From Deferrisomatales bacterium (GTDB lineage: Bacteria; Desulfobacterota; Deferrisomatia; Deferrisomatales; JACRMM01): DNA of 64,000 bases. The notes beneath the pieces were generated by a model that saw only the letters and a program-made list of their open reading frames with translations, was not told the origin of the DNA and did not search any database. Made by a program: the position numbers and the translations under genes. How positions within the stretch are numbered: position 1 is the first letter of the stretch; each line of letters starts with the position of its first letter. Shown here piece by piece: positions 9,421-19,286 of this stretch. The DNA lies in contig JAWSUI010000013.1 of assembly GCA_033551855.1 (NCBI GenBank), positions 17,058 to 81,057 of the forward strand. Reading direction: 5' to 3'.

Positions 9421-10257
9421 ATGAGCACAGCATTTCGCCCTAGAATCATCGGCTTCGTCTGTCACTGGTGAGGATACGGGTCGGCAGACCTAGCTGGAGT
9501 TTCCAGACTACAATACAGCCCCGACATACGGTTGATTCGGGTCATGTGCACCGGCCGAATCGATCTCGCCTTCGTGATCCGTGCTTTCGCCAAGGGAGCA
9601 GACGGAGTTTTCATTGCGGGCTGCCATCTGAACGAATGCAATTACAGTACGCAGGGCAACTTCTATGCTCTTAGCATGGTGGCACTTTGCAAATTGATAA
9701 TGGAAGAAATAGGAATAAACAAGGAACGGCTTTTCATCACACTAATATCTGGATCGGAAGGAAGCCGTTTTGCAGATGTCGTGAACGCGTTCAGCAAGAG
9801 AATATTTGAACTCGGCGCCATCGGGACGTCTGAAGGGATAGAACAGGACGAGCTCGCGTCGCGACTCGACGAAGTAGCCAGGCTCGTTCCGTACATCAAA
9901 GTTGAAAAGAGCGACAAGCTTCAAACTCGCCTCGGGAGCGAAGAGGAGTACCAGCACCTGTTTTCTCGCGAGGAGGTGCAAGATCTCCTGCGCAGACCGG
10001 CTTCGTACTACATCGACCCCCAGAAATGCCAGGCGTGCACGGTTTGCGCCAAGAGGTGCCCGGTCGGGGCGATCGACGGCGGGAAGAACCTGATTCACGT
10101 CATCGACCAAGGGAAGTGCATCAAGTGCGGCTGCTGTCTGCAGGCGTGCCCGCCGCTCTTCAGTGCGGTCACGAAGCTGTCGGATGGACCCGTGCCGAGC
10201 CCGATCCCCGAAGACCAACGGACGATCACCAGAAAGAAGAAACCGTCGGGCCGCTAG
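9421..10257 (+). CDS. mvhD: Selenocysteine-containing MvhD/FlpD [2Fe-2S] subunit fused to a C-terminal 4Fe-4S dicluster
   Basis: ATG at 9421 gives MSTAFRPRIIGFVCHW-U(TGA 9469-9471)-GYGSADLAGVSRLQYSPDIRLIRVMCTGR. Also GADGVFIAGCHLNECNY, CQACTVCAKRCP and CIKCGCCLQACP. Confidence 0.9.
9472..9510 (+). promoter_or_regulatory. Candidate bacterial SECIS element
   Basis: Hairpin TAG-CTGGA-GTT-TCCAG-A-CTA with a G-starting loop 27 nt after UGA; an alternative hairpin GGTC-GGCA-GACC lies just upstream. Confidence 0.6.
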
Positions 10258-10407
10258 GTGTCGCCGGCGGCGGCCACCGGCCAGACACGTGGATTCGTCA
10301 ACTCGAGATGGCCGTTCCCACCCGTGGTCCGTCAGTGCGAAGCGACGCGCGGGGTGACGCGGGCGGAGGGGTCCACCTATCGACACCCCGGAAGGAGAGG
10401 AGGCGGC

Positions 10408-10860
10408 ATGAAAGAGCAGCCCACGAACATCCGACTCATGAGGCCTGGGGACTTCGATGCCGTAGTGGCGATCGACGAGAGGATCCTCAAGACAGCGCGT
10501 CCGGAGTATTACGAGGTGAAGTTCGAGAAGATCGTCGAGTCGTCGGACTCCTTGCCCATATCCCTCGTGGCAGAGAACCGAGATGGCTCGGTGGTAGGGT
10601 TCGTGATGGGTGAGTTATATATGGGCCAGTACGGTATCTTCGAGAGTGAGGCCACGATTGACACGATCGGTGTCGATCCACAAGCCCAACAGCATAGTCT
10701 TGGCCGACAGCTTATCGATGCCTTTGTGGATCACGTGAGCAGAATAGGTGTCAGAAAGATACGAACCCTCGTTTCCGCAGACGACAAGAAACTAACCAAG
10801 TTCTTCAAATCCAATCAATTCTCCCCATCCCGGAATGTGAACCTCGAACGGGCGCTGTAA
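10408..10860 (+). CDS. GNAT family N-acetyltransferase
   Basis: IDTIGVDPQAQQHSLGRQL acetyl-CoA motif A; GGAGG RBS. Confidence 0.85.
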   Translation: MKEQPTNIRLMRPGDFDAVVAIDERILKTARPEYYEVKFEKIVESSDSLPISLVAENRDGSVVGFVMGELYMGQYGIFESEATIDTIGVDPQAQQHSLGRQLIDAFVDHVSRIGVRKIRTLVSADDKKLTKFFKSNQFSPSRNVNLERAL

Positions 10861-10978
10861 GGGGGGGAGGCCCGGGGCGCCGCGGGGTCCGGTGGAAGCC
10901 GGCACGCCGGGTCTTCGGGTGGAAGGCCTTTGAGCGGGGCGAGCGGGCACCGGGGCCCCGCACACGAGAGGACACCCC

Positions 10979-11665
10979 ATGCGGCTGCGGAAGGAGCGCT
11001 CCCAGATCGTCCGCTTCGGGCAGCGCCTGCTCTCGGCCGGCCTCACCACCGGCTCCGGGGGAAATCTCAGCGTCTTTCGACGGGACGCGTCTCTCGTCGC
11101 GATCACCCCCAGCGGGGTGGAGTACCCGGACCTGAGGCCCGGCGACGTGGTGCTCGTGGACCCGGAGGGGCAGGTGCGGGAGGGCGCCCTGTGCCCCAGC
11201 TCGGAGCTGGCGTTGCACCTGGCCTTCTATGGGGCGCGGCCGGACGTGGCCGCGGTGGTCCACACCCACTCCCCCTGGGCGGCCACGCTGGCCTGCCTGG
11301 GATGGGAGCTCCCGGCGGTGCACTACTTGGTGGGGTTTGCAGGGAGGAAGGTGCCCCTGGCGCCCTACGCGACCTTCGGCACGCCGGAGCTCGCACGAAA
11401 CGCAGTCGAGGCCCTGGGGGACCGCAACGCGGTGCTGCTGGCGAACCACGGGCTGGCGGCGGTGGGCACCACCCTGGCGCAGGCATTTTCAGTCGCCGAG
11501 GAGATCGAGTGGGTGGCCCGGGTCTACCTGCAGGCCAAGGCGGTCGGAGAACCGGCGATCCTGCCGGACGAGGAGATGGGGCGCGTCGTCGAGCGGTTCC
11601 GCACCTACGGCCAGAGGGGAGAGGTCCTTTCCCGGGAGGACCGGCGGACGGGGCAGCAGCGATGA
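10979..11665 (+). CDS. Class II aldolase (L-fuculose-phosphate aldolase-like)
   Basis: GSGGNLS, ITPSG, PSSELALH, VHTHS and LANHG zinc-binding motifs. Confidence 0.85.
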   Translation: MRLRKERSQIVRFGQRLLSAGLTTGSGGNLSVFRRDASLVAITPSGVEYPDLRPGDVVLVDPEGQVREGALCPSSELALHLAFYGARPDVAAVVHTHSPWAATLACLGWELPAVHYLVGFAGRKVPLAPYATFGTPELARNAVEALGDRNAVLLANHGLAAVGTTLAQAFSVAEEIEWVARVYLQAKAVGEPAILPDEEMGRVVERFRTYGQRGEVLSREDRRTGQQR

Positions 11666-11771
11666 GGGCCTCCGGCAGCACCCCTTGCCCCGCCGGAGGC
11701 CGTCGCTAGAGTTTCGGTGCGGTATACGCGCTCGCCCAGCCATTGGCCCGCCGCGAGAGGGAGGAAGCGCC

Positions 11772-12080
11772 TTGAAGGATCTGCACGCCATCTTCACCGA
11801 GTTCAAAGCCGAATTTCCGGGGATCCACGAGAAGGAGGCCGCCCTGGGCCGGGAGGTCCACCTGGCGGGGGGGCCCCTGGACGAGAGGACAAGGGCCCTC
11901 ATCAAGGTAGCCGTCGCGGGCGCGTCCCGCCACGACCGCGCCCTCGAGACCCACCTGGCGAAGGCCCGGGAAGTTGGTGCGTCGGATGAGGAGCTCCGGC
12001 ACGCCCTGCTCCTCCTCATTCCCACCTGCGGCTTTCCCACCTTCATGGAGGCGTACCAGGTGTACAAACGCGCCGGCTGA
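11772..12080 (+). CDS. Carboxymuconolactone decarboxylase (CMD/AhpD-like) family protein
   Basis: GPLDERTRALIKVAVA...H...GASDEEL...GFP; TTG start after GGAGG. Confidence 0.8.
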   Translation: MKDLHAIFTEFKAEFPGIHEKEAALGREVHLAGGPLDERTRALIKVAVAGASRHDRALETHLAKAREVGASDEELRHALLLLIPTCGFPTFMEAYQVYKRAG

Positions 12081-12185
12081 CCGCGCTTTCCCCGAGGCGC
12101 CCTGCCTCCCGGGCAATTGACCCGGGGCGGGACGATTGCTATCGTCCGGGCCTGCCCCCGCGGCACCCGCAGAAAGGACCGGACG

Positions 12186-13460
12186 ATGCAGGCGGCGCCC
12201 CCCACGAAGCAGAGCTCCTACCGCTGGCTGATCTTCTGGATCCTGGCGATCGGGTACGTCCTCGTCTACTTTCACCGCCTGTGCCCCGCCGTGGTCGCCG
12301 TGGACATGATGCGCGACCTGGGCGCCGGGGGAACCCTGGCCGGCCTGCTGGCCTCGGCATACTTCTACCCGTACGCCGCCATGCAGCTCCCGGCCGGCCT
12401 CCTGGCCGACTCCTGGGGCCCCCGTCGCACCATCACGGCCTTCTCCCTGCTGGCCTTCGCGGGTTCGGTGCTGCTCGGCCTCTCCCCATCGCCGGCCGGC
12501 GCGATCTTCGGGCGGGTCCTGGTGGGGCTCGGGGTCTCCATGCTCTTCGTCGCCACCATGAAGGTGCTCGCCGAGTGGTTCCGCCCGGGGGAGTTCGCCA
12601 CCATGGCAGGAATCCTGATGGCCATGGGAGGCCTCGGGTCCCTCACGGCGGCGACGCCCCTGGCCGCTGTGAGCTCTTGGATCGGCTGGCGGATGTCCTT
12701 CGTGGCCGTGGGGTTCCTGACCTTGGGGCTCGCGGCCCTCGTCTGGCTCTTCGTGCGGGACCGGCCGTCGGACCTCGGGCTTCCCTCCCCCACCGCGGGC
12801 GCCGGGCCCGCCCCGGCCCCCATCCCTCTGGGGCAGGCCGTGGCAAAGGTCTTGCGCCACGGGCCGTTCTGGTTCCTGGCCGTGTGGTTCTTCTTCGAGC
12901 TCGCCATCTTCTTCGCCTTCGGCGGCCTCTGGGGTGGGCCGTACTTGATGCAGGTGCACAGCCTCTCGAAAGCGGAGGCCGGCCGCATCCTGTCGATGCT
13001 CGCGGTGGGCATGATGGTGGGGAGCCCGTTGCTCGGCTGGGCCTCCAACCGCGTCTTCCGGGCGCGCAAACCCGTCATCGTCCTGTGTAGCGCTGTTACC
13101 CTCGGGATCACGGCGGTCCTGTACCTCGCCACCGCGGCGGTGCCGGTGTGGGCCCTCTACCTGCTGTGCCTGGGCCTCGGGATCTCCGCCAGCGCCGTGG
13201 TGGTCATCGGGTTTACCACGGCAAAGGAGCTCTTTCCGGTGCAGATGGCCGGAACCGCCACAGGCCTGGTGAATCTCTTCCCCTTCGCCGGGGGCGCCGT
13301 GTTCCAGCCGATCCTGGGGGCCGTGTTGGAAGCCCACGGCACGGTGGAGGGGGCCTTCACCGTAGCCGGGTACCAGGCGGCTTTTCTCGTGCTCCTCGGG
13401 TGCTCCGCCGTCGCCCTCGCGGCGAGCCTCGGACTTCGGGAGACGATGAGCCGGTCCTGA
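12186..13460 (+). CDS. MFS transporter
   Basis: About 12 hydrophobic segments; motif A GLLADSWGPRR. Confidence 0.9.
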   Translation: MQAAPPTKQSSYRWLIFWILAIGYVLVYFHRLCPAVVAVDMMRDLGAGGTLAGLLASAYFYPYAAMQLPAGLLADSWGPRRTITAFSLLAFAGSVLLGLSPSPAGAIFGRVLVGLGVSMLFVATMKVLAEWFRPGEFATMAGILMAMGGLGSLTAATPLAAVSSWIGWRMSFVAVGFLTLGLAALVWLFVRDRPSDLGLPSPTAGAGPAPAPIPLGQAVAKVLRHGPFWFLAVWFFFELAIFFAFGGLWGGPYLMQVHSLSKAEAGRILSMLAVGMMVGSPLLGWASNRVFRARKPVIVLCSAVTLGITAVLYLATAAVPVWALYLLCLGLGISASAVVVIGFTTAKELFPVQMAGTATGLVNLFPFAGGAVFQPILGAVLEAHGTVEGAFTVAGYQAAFLVLLGCSAVALAASLGLRETMSRS

Positions 13461-13653
13461 CCTCCGGGGCGGCGGGGTGGCCCCGCTGACCCCAGGCCGG
13501 CGAGCCCGGTTCCCCTGCCTCCCCGCCCGGCCCCTTCCGCCCGAGGTTTCCCGCGTCGCCCGGCCCCGGGGGCTTGCGCTTCCCGGAGACGGTGTTACAA
13601 GTGTGTTCAGGAGACACACCGGGCCCCAGGCCCCCTGGAAAGGAGAGAGGACC

Positions 13654-13884
13654 ATGGCGGACGTATACAAGTGCGAGAGTTGCGGCGCGGTGACCACTGA
13701 GAAGGGGCACCTGTGCAAGCCGCAGCAGGTGTCGGACAAGTGCGACTACTGTGGGGAGACCGCGCAGGACGCGCGGCACGTGTGCAAACCCATGCGCCAG
13801 AAGCTCGACTACGTGTGCGGCGGTTGCGGCCGGCCCGCGGAGCAGGCGGATCTGCTCTGCAAGCCGCAGAAGATGCCCGGCTGA
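13654..13884 (+). CDS. 76-aa protein with three CxxCG...(H/L)xCKP repeats, putative metal-binding
   Basis: CESCG..HLCKP, CDYCG..HVCKP, CGGCG..LLCKP; strong RBS. Confidence 0.75.
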   Translation: MADVYKCESCGAVTTEKGHLCKPQQVSDKCDYCGETAQDARHVCKPMRQKLDYVCGGCGRPAEQADLLCKPQKMPG

Positions 13885-13906
13885 GCCCTACGCGGAGCCC
13901 GTCGGC

Positions 13907-13936
13907 CAGAGCCCCCAAGCGGGGCTCTGTGCTTTT
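13907..13936 (+). terminator. Rho-independent terminator-like hairpin between convergent genes
   Basis: CAGAGCCCC-CAAGC-GGGGCTCTG followed by TGCTTTT. Confidence 0.55.
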
Positions 13937-13951
13937 CCGGGTTCCGGTGGT

Positions 13952-16282
13952 TCACGCCTCGTACATGCCCCAGATCCCGCAGGGGCAAATCCCGGCGCAG
14001 AAACCGCACCCGATGCACCGGTCCGGATCCACGGCGTACTCGTACCCGCCCCCCGAGAGCTCCCGGCGGGTGATGGCGCCCCCGTAGCAGGTCGCCTCGC
14101 ACAGGCCGCAGTCCCTGCAGCTCGCGCACGACAGGCACTTTGCCCCCTCCCCCGAGCAGGTGCGCGAGAGGTCGCCTTGGCGGGCCCGCTCGTAGTACTG
14201 GAACCGGATGCGCTCGTAAGGGATGATCCGCTTGCTCTCCTCCTCGTACTCCGTCTTGGAGAGGAGGGCGTGAATGTAGCGGGCCACCTGGAGGCCCGCC
14301 CCGATGGCGTTCGTGATGAGGCCGGGCCTGGTCACGTCGCCGACCGCGAACACCTTCGGGTCGGTTGTGCGTCCCACGCTGTCCACCCGCACGAAGCCCC
14401 GGTCCCGGTCCACGGGGGCAGGAAGGTAGTCGAGCTCCGGCGACTCCCCGATGGAAATGATGACCACGTCGGCGGCCAGCGCGGTTCCGTCCTTGAAGTG
14501 GATCGTCCCGGAATCCCGGTCGTACCGGTCCGTGAACTTGGGGTACAGGATTTCTGCGCCCCTGGCCTTGGCCATCTGCTGCTCCTTGCCGAAGGAGGCC
14601 GGCTTCTGGATGTCGACCGCCGCCACCCCGGCGGCGCCGCAATTGAAGGCCTCGATGCAGATGTCCATCCCCACGTTGCCCGCACCGATCACCACCACCT
14701 TCTTCCCGGTCAGGTCCATGGGGTTTCGGGCGTTGATCTCCTTGAGAAAGACGATGCCGGGCAACACGTGCTCGTAGCCCGGAAAGGGGATGGTCCGCGG
14801 CGAGTGGCACCCGCTGGCGAGGAGCACCACGTCGTGGGAGGCCCAGATCTCCCGGTACTTGACCGCGTCCACCTCACAGCCCGTGTGGATCTCGACCCCC
14901 AGGGAGGCGAAGCGGTCGATCTCCTTCTGCAGGATCTCCCTCGGCAGGCGATCCTCCGGGATGCAGTAGTAGATCTTGCCCCCGAGCCGCGGTTCCCTCT
15001 CGAAAAGGCTCACGCCGTATCCCCTGAGCGCCAGCTGGTACGCGGCGGAGATCCCGCCCGGCCCCCCGCCGATCACGGCGACCCGCTCCGGCCGGCGTGC
15101 CGCCGGCCTCGGGGCCGGGCGCTCCAGGCTCAAGCGGCCGAGGAACGAGACGTCCACGGGATCTCGCAAAAACTGCTGTCGGGAGCAGTAGTCCATGCAC
15201 AGGTTCGGGCACACGTAGCCGCACACCGTCCCCGGGAAGGGTGAGTACTCGAGCACGAGGTCGAGGGCTTGCTGCTCTTGGCCGTCGCGGATGAGACGGG
15301 CCCTCTCGTGGGTGGGGATCCCGGTGGGGCAGTAGCCGGCGCAGGGGGGCGCATACTGGTCGTTTTCCCAGTGGGGCACCTGGCGCCGTCCCTCGCCGGT
15401 TGCGACGAACGGGAGAAGGCTCGTCTCGGTGTCCAGATAGTCGGCGAAGATGCCCCCGGCCCCCACCCCTTTCTCCCACACCCCCTTCCGGAAGGTGCTC
15501 ACCGAGGGCCGATCGGCCCGGGCGCGCTGCTCGCGCTCCTCCGGGGTCAGGGCCACGACCTTGCGCCACTCGTCCCGGCTGCGGGTGAGGGACTGGTGGA
15601 AGCTCAGCCGATCGACGGCCTTGAGGAAGGGCTTGATGTTGCCTGTCAGCCACTCCCAATCGGCGTCGGTCAGGTCTCCGACACGGACGTCCTCTTCGCA
15701 GACCCCCTGAACCGGGCCCCGGAAGTAGACCGTCCCCCCCACCATCCCCACACAGGGCCGATACCCCAGGATATTGTCCGGGTTGCGGGGGTTCACACCG
15801 CACACCACGGCCACACCCCCCGCCTTGAACTCGGCGAAGGAATCACCCACGTCCCGGAAGTACCACGACTGGATCGGCTCGAACCGGGGGTTGTATTTGG
15901 TAAGGGTGTCGCACCGGGCCCCGCCGCCCCCCTGGACGTACAGCCGTCCCTGGGCTCCTGCGTTGTGTGCGCCGTTGGCGACGTCGCCGAGCACCGTGAT
16001 GGTGGCGCCGGTGTTGAGCCAGCCCACGTCGTCGGAGGCGGAGCCCTCCACCACGATCTCGGTCCCCGCCATGGCCATGCCGCCCACCCGCTGCCCGGGG
16101 GCCCCGGTGACGCGGATCCTCACCGTCTCCCCCTGCGGCCAGATGCGGCCGCCGATCCCGTGCTGGCCATCGGCCACCACCCGGATCCGGCGCTTGCCGC
16201 TGGCTGCGGCAGCCTGCACCGCGTCGTCGAGGTCCCGGGAGGAAACCCGCCGCCCCTTGATCTTGCCCTTGATCTCGATCAT
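13952..16282 (-). CDS. Glutamate synthase GXGXG (GltB3) domain fused to GltD-like FAD/NAD(P) oxidoreductase and ferredoxin
   Basis: GQHGIGG and GQRVGGM beta-helix; CPTGIP..VCGYVCP..C; GGGPGG and GAGNVG Rossmann motifs; terminal CIGCGFCAGICP. Confidence 0.85.
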   Translation of the reverse strand: MIEIKGKIKGRRVSSRDLDDAVQAAAASGKRRIRVVADGQHGIGGRIWPQGETVRIRVTGAPGQRVGGMAMAGTEIVVEGSASDDVGWLNTGATITVLGDVANGAHNAGAQGRLYVQGGGGARCDTLTKYNPRFEPIQSWYFRDVGDSFAEFKAGGVAVVCGVNPRNPDNILGYRPCVGMVGGTVYFRGPVQGVCEEDVRVGDLTDADWEWLTGNIKPFLKAVDRLSFHQSLTRSRDEWRKVVALTPEEREQRARADRPSVSTFRKGVWEKGVGAGGIFADYLDTETSLLPFVATGEGRRQVPHWENDQYAPPCAGYCPTGIPTHERARLIRDGQEQQALDLVLEYSPFPGTVCGYVCPNLCMDYCSRQQFLRDPVDVSFLGRLSLERPAPRPAARRPERVAVIGGGPGGISAAYQLALRGYGVSLFEREPRLGGKIYYCIPEDRLPREILQKEIDRFASLGVEIHTGCEVDAVKYREIWASHDVVLLASGCHSPRTIPFPGYEHVLPGIVFLKEINARNPMDLTGKKVVVIGAGNVGMDICIEAFNCGAAGVAAVDIQKPASFGKEQQMAKARGAEILYPKFTDRYDRDSGTIHFKDGTALAADVVIISIGESPELDYLPAPVDRDRGFVRVDSVGRTTDPKVFAVGDVTRPGLITNAIGAGLQVARYIHALLSKTEYEEESKRIIPYERIRFQYYERARQGDLSRTCSGEGAKCLSCASCRDCGLCEATCYGGAITRRELSGGGYEYAVDPDRCIGCGFCAGICPCGIWGMYEA

Positions 16283-16351
16283 CGGTTCTCTCCGGCTGTC
16301 ACCGCTCTGCGCATGGGGTCGGCGGGCCGTCTTTCAACGGCCTGCTGATGT

Positions 16352-18007
16352 CTAGCACGCGTAGCCGATCTGCAACCGCTGCGCCACCGCAGGGTCGTCG
16401 ATGCTCAGCCCGTCGGCCATCCCTATGGGAAGCTCCGTGGAGCGCCCCAGGGGCGCAAAGATCTTCTTCAGCTCCCGGTCGGCGGCCACAAAGATCTCCA
16501 CCACCCTCTGGGCCACGGTGTCCGGATCCAGGCGGCGGTAGAGCCTGGGATCCTGGGTGGTGATTCCGCGGGGGCACTTGCCGGTGTTGCAGATGTTGCA
16601 CCGGTTGCGCTCGTCCCCGAGGCACCCGGCAGCGGCCTGCATGACGTACTTGGCACAGTCGACCCCCGACGCCCCCAGCATGATGAGCGCCGCCGCGTTG
16701 GCCGCCAGGTTCCCCTGCTTTCCCACACCACCCGCGGCAAAAAGGGGCAGCTCGTTCTGTTTGCCGATCTTCACGAGGGTCAGGTAGCACTCCCGGAGGT
16801 TCGAGGCGATGGGGTGCCCCATCTTGTCGAGACTCACGTTGTAGGCCGCCCCCGTGCCCCCGTCTTCCCCGTCGATGGTCAGCGCCGCGGCAAAGGGATT
16901 GCGAGCCAGGTTGTTCAGGACCGCCAAGGCGGTCTTCGTCCCGGAGATCTTCGGGTACACGGGAACCCGGAACCCGAAAGCCATCGACATGGAGGTGATC
17001 ATCTTGGCGACCGCCTCTTCGATCGAGTACTTCGTCTGATGGGTGGGGGGAGACGCCAGGTCCACGAACTCCGGCACCCCGCGGATGCGGGCGATGAGCT
17101 TCAGGACCTTGCTGGCCATCAGCAACCCCCCGTCGCCCGGCTTCGCTCCCTGGCCGTACTTGATCTCGATGGCCGCCGGATCGCACTGCATCTCGGGCAC
17201 GGCGCGCAGGATCTCGTCCCACCCGAAGTATCCCGAGGCGATCTGGAGGATGAAGTACCGCAGAAAGGGGCTCTTCAGGAGCCGGGGAGGCATGCCACCC
17301 TCTCCCGTGCACATCACCACCGGCAGCTTTTCGACCTCGTTCAGATACGCGATCCCCAGGGCGAGCCCCTCCCACATGTGGGGGGAGAGGGCGCCCACCG
17401 ACATGCCGCCGATCCGGATGGGGAAGATCTCGCGGACCGGCGGAACAAAGGGGGTCCCGTCGGGAACGAGGTCCGAGCCCTCGATCCGCAGGGGGAGGTC
17501 CTCCGGGGGCAGGTTGCGGCCCAGGTAGGTGCGCACCCGGAACTCGTGGCGGCCCGCGTCGAGCGCGGGGTCCGTGAGCATCGAGATCCGGGTGAACTTG
17601 AGCCGGTCCAGGGTCGAGGTCCCCGGGTCGTTGCGGCGCCCCCCCCGCTTGTACGGCTCCCCCCCCTGGGTGACGTGCCAGGGGAACTTGTGGGCGGGGT
17701 TGAACTCCGGGGCCACGGCGTCGTTCGGACACACCAGCCGGCAGGTGGCGCACCCCACGCATCGGCGCCGAATGTCGGTCACCTGGCGCACCCCCGAGAC
17801 GACCTTGCGCACCGTCGTCGGAAGGGGGGACGGGCCCGTGGACTCGACCACGCGCTTCTCGAAGACACCCGGCTCGATGGCTTTCACCGGGCAGACCGAG
17901 GTGCACCGGCCACACCGAGTGCACCGGGGATCCTTCCAGCGGACGATGTAGGGGAGGTCGTTCAGGCTAAGCTGATGATTGACGTCGAGCCGTCCCGCTG
18001 ATTCCAT
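16352..18007 (-). CDS. Glutamate synthase FMN-binding subunit (GltB2) with N-terminal 4Fe-4S domain
   Basis: GGMSVGALS, TGEGG, QIASG, EIKYGQGAKPGDGG, CNICNTGKCPRGITTQ. Confidence 0.9.
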   Translation of the reverse strand: MESAGRLDVNHQLSLNDLPYIVRWKDPRCTRCGRCTSVCPVKAIEPGVFEKRVVESTGPSPLPTTVRKVVSGVRQVTDIRRRCVGCATCRLVCPNDAVAPEFNPAHKFPWHVTQGGEPYKRGGRRNDPGTSTLDRLKFTRISMLTDPALDAGRHEFRVRTYLGRNLPPEDLPLRIEGSDLVPDGTPFVPPVREIFPIRIGGMSVGALSPHMWEGLALGIAYLNEVEKLPVVMCTGEGGMPPRLLKSPFLRYFILQIASGYFGWDEILRAVPEMQCDPAAIEIKYGQGAKPGDGGLLMASKVLKLIARIRGVPEFVDLASPPTHQTKYSIEEAVAKMITSMSMAFGFRVPVYPKISGTKTALAVLNNLARNPFAAALTIDGEDGGTGAAYNVSLDKMGHPIASNLRECYLTLVKIGKQNELPLFAAGGVGKQGNLAANAAALIMLGASGVDCAKYVMQAAAGCLGDERNRCNICNTGKCPRGITTQDPRLYRRLDPDTVAQRVVEIFVAADRELKKIFAPLGRSTELPIGMADGLSIDDPAVAQRLQIGYAC

Positions 18008-19101
18008 ACCTCGATCTCCTCTGCCCCGGGGCGCACGCACACTAGGTCGTACTTCATCGGGAACACGTCTTTCTGCACGTCGCGGTCCGGAACGGCCGAG
18101 GCCAGGCCGCACACCTCGGACATCAGCCCCACCCGACCCTTGGTCCCTCCCACCACCCCGGGCCGCAGCTTCTTTGCGTCCTGGACCATGAAGACGGTTC
18201 CATCCCGGTCGCAGCCGATCACGCAGTTGGGCCCGTCGATGGTGAGCATCCGCAGGCTGCGCTTCACGAGCCGCAGGGCCTCACGGTCCTTGCGCCGACC
18301 CATCTCGCCGTCCTGGAGCGGGGTGATCACGTCCTTGTAGTACTTGAGCGGATAGCCGAGACGGCACCGCAGATAGTGGAGAATGTGGGCGAAAACCTCG
18401 CTGTCCGAGTTGTACCCCATGTACGCCGGGTGACCCCGGCTCGTGAGGTACTCACGGATCGGGACGAACGCGGTGTTCTCCCCATTCGTCATGGTGAAGA
18501 TCCCTTCGATGAAGAAGGGGTGACAGGCGTACAGATTGATCGCGTAGTTGGTATTCTGGCGCCCCTGGGCAAACACCGTCCTCGCCGGGATCGGCTTCTG
18601 GTCCAGGCCGAAGAACTCGCCCACCTCCAAGGGGTCCCCCACCTCCTTGAGCGTGACCACGTCGGGCCAGAAGCTGAAGACGATGATCGACTCGTCTGCC
18701 TCTCCCATGCGCCGAAGCTCCACCCGGGTCCGACTCAGGAGCTCCGCCTTCTCCTCCCAAGGACGGTCCTTCACCCAGTCGGGGTAGTCGAAGGCTTTGA
18801 CGATGTAGCGCTCGCGCCGCTGGATCGTCATCCCGGGCCTGACCCGGATCTGGGGGTCCCACAAGAGCTTGGTGCGGAACCCCTTGGCCACCATGTAGTC
18901 GTCGAGCTCGTAATACCCCTTGTCGGTGGCAATCGCCGACAGGATCGGGAAGTCCTTGATGCCCTCGAACTCCCCCCCCAGGTCGCGGAGCGTCAGGCCG
19001 AGCCCCGACCCGTCGTGCCCCTCTTTCATGGTCTCGAGTGCCTGGATCGCCTCCATCGGGGAAAAGTACTCGGCAGACACCAGGGCACAGAGTCGACACA
19101 T
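17962..19101 (-). CDS. Class II glutamine amidotransferase subunit of split glutamate synthase (GltB1)
   Basis: N-terminal MCRL (Cys2 nucleophile), HPF, NGEN, SDSE, DAKKLRP. Confidence 0.85.
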   Translation of the reverse strand: MCRLCALVSAEYFSPMEAIQALETMKEGHDGSGLGLTLRDLGGEFEGIKDFPILSAIATDKGYYELDDYMVAKGFRTKLLWDPQIRVRPGMTIQRRERYIVKAFDYPDWVKDRPWEEKAELLSRTRVELRRMGEADESIIVFSFWPDVVTLKEVGDPLEVGEFFGLDQKPIPARTVFAQGRQNTNYAINLYACHPFFIEGIFTMTNGENTAFVPIREYLTSRGHPAYMGYNSDSEVFAHILHYLRCRLGYPLKYYKDVITPLQDGEMGRRKDREALRLVKRSLRMLTIDGPNCVIGCDRDGTVFMVQDAKKLRPGVVGGTKGRVGLMSEVCGLASAVPDRDVQKDVFPMKYDLVCVRPGAEEIEVWNQRDGSTSIISLA

Positions 19102-19207
19102 GTTGGGTCTCCTTCCCGTGATCTTTCGCGGCAGCCCCGCCGGCCGCCGGTTCCCGGAGCTCTCAGCCAGGTGCCGACGGCTCCGGAGGGTAGCCTGGGG
19201 ACGATTT

Positions 19208-19223
19208 TGCAGGGACCGTGCCA
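19208..19223 (-). promoter_or_regulatory. Sigma54 (-24/-12) promoter of the glutamate synthase operon
   Basis: Minus strand TGGCACG-GTCC-CTGCA versus consensus TGGCACG-N4-TTGCW. Confidence 0.7.
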
Positions 19224-19286
19224 ACATCGACGCACCGCGAAATACCGCTGGCTTTCGCCGAGTCGGGAGAGGGGGGGAGTCGCCCA

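Noticed and set aside
9779..9796. Rex-box-like TCGTGAACGCGTTCAGCA
   Set aside because: Lies mid-CDS in mvhD, far from any promoter; explained by codons
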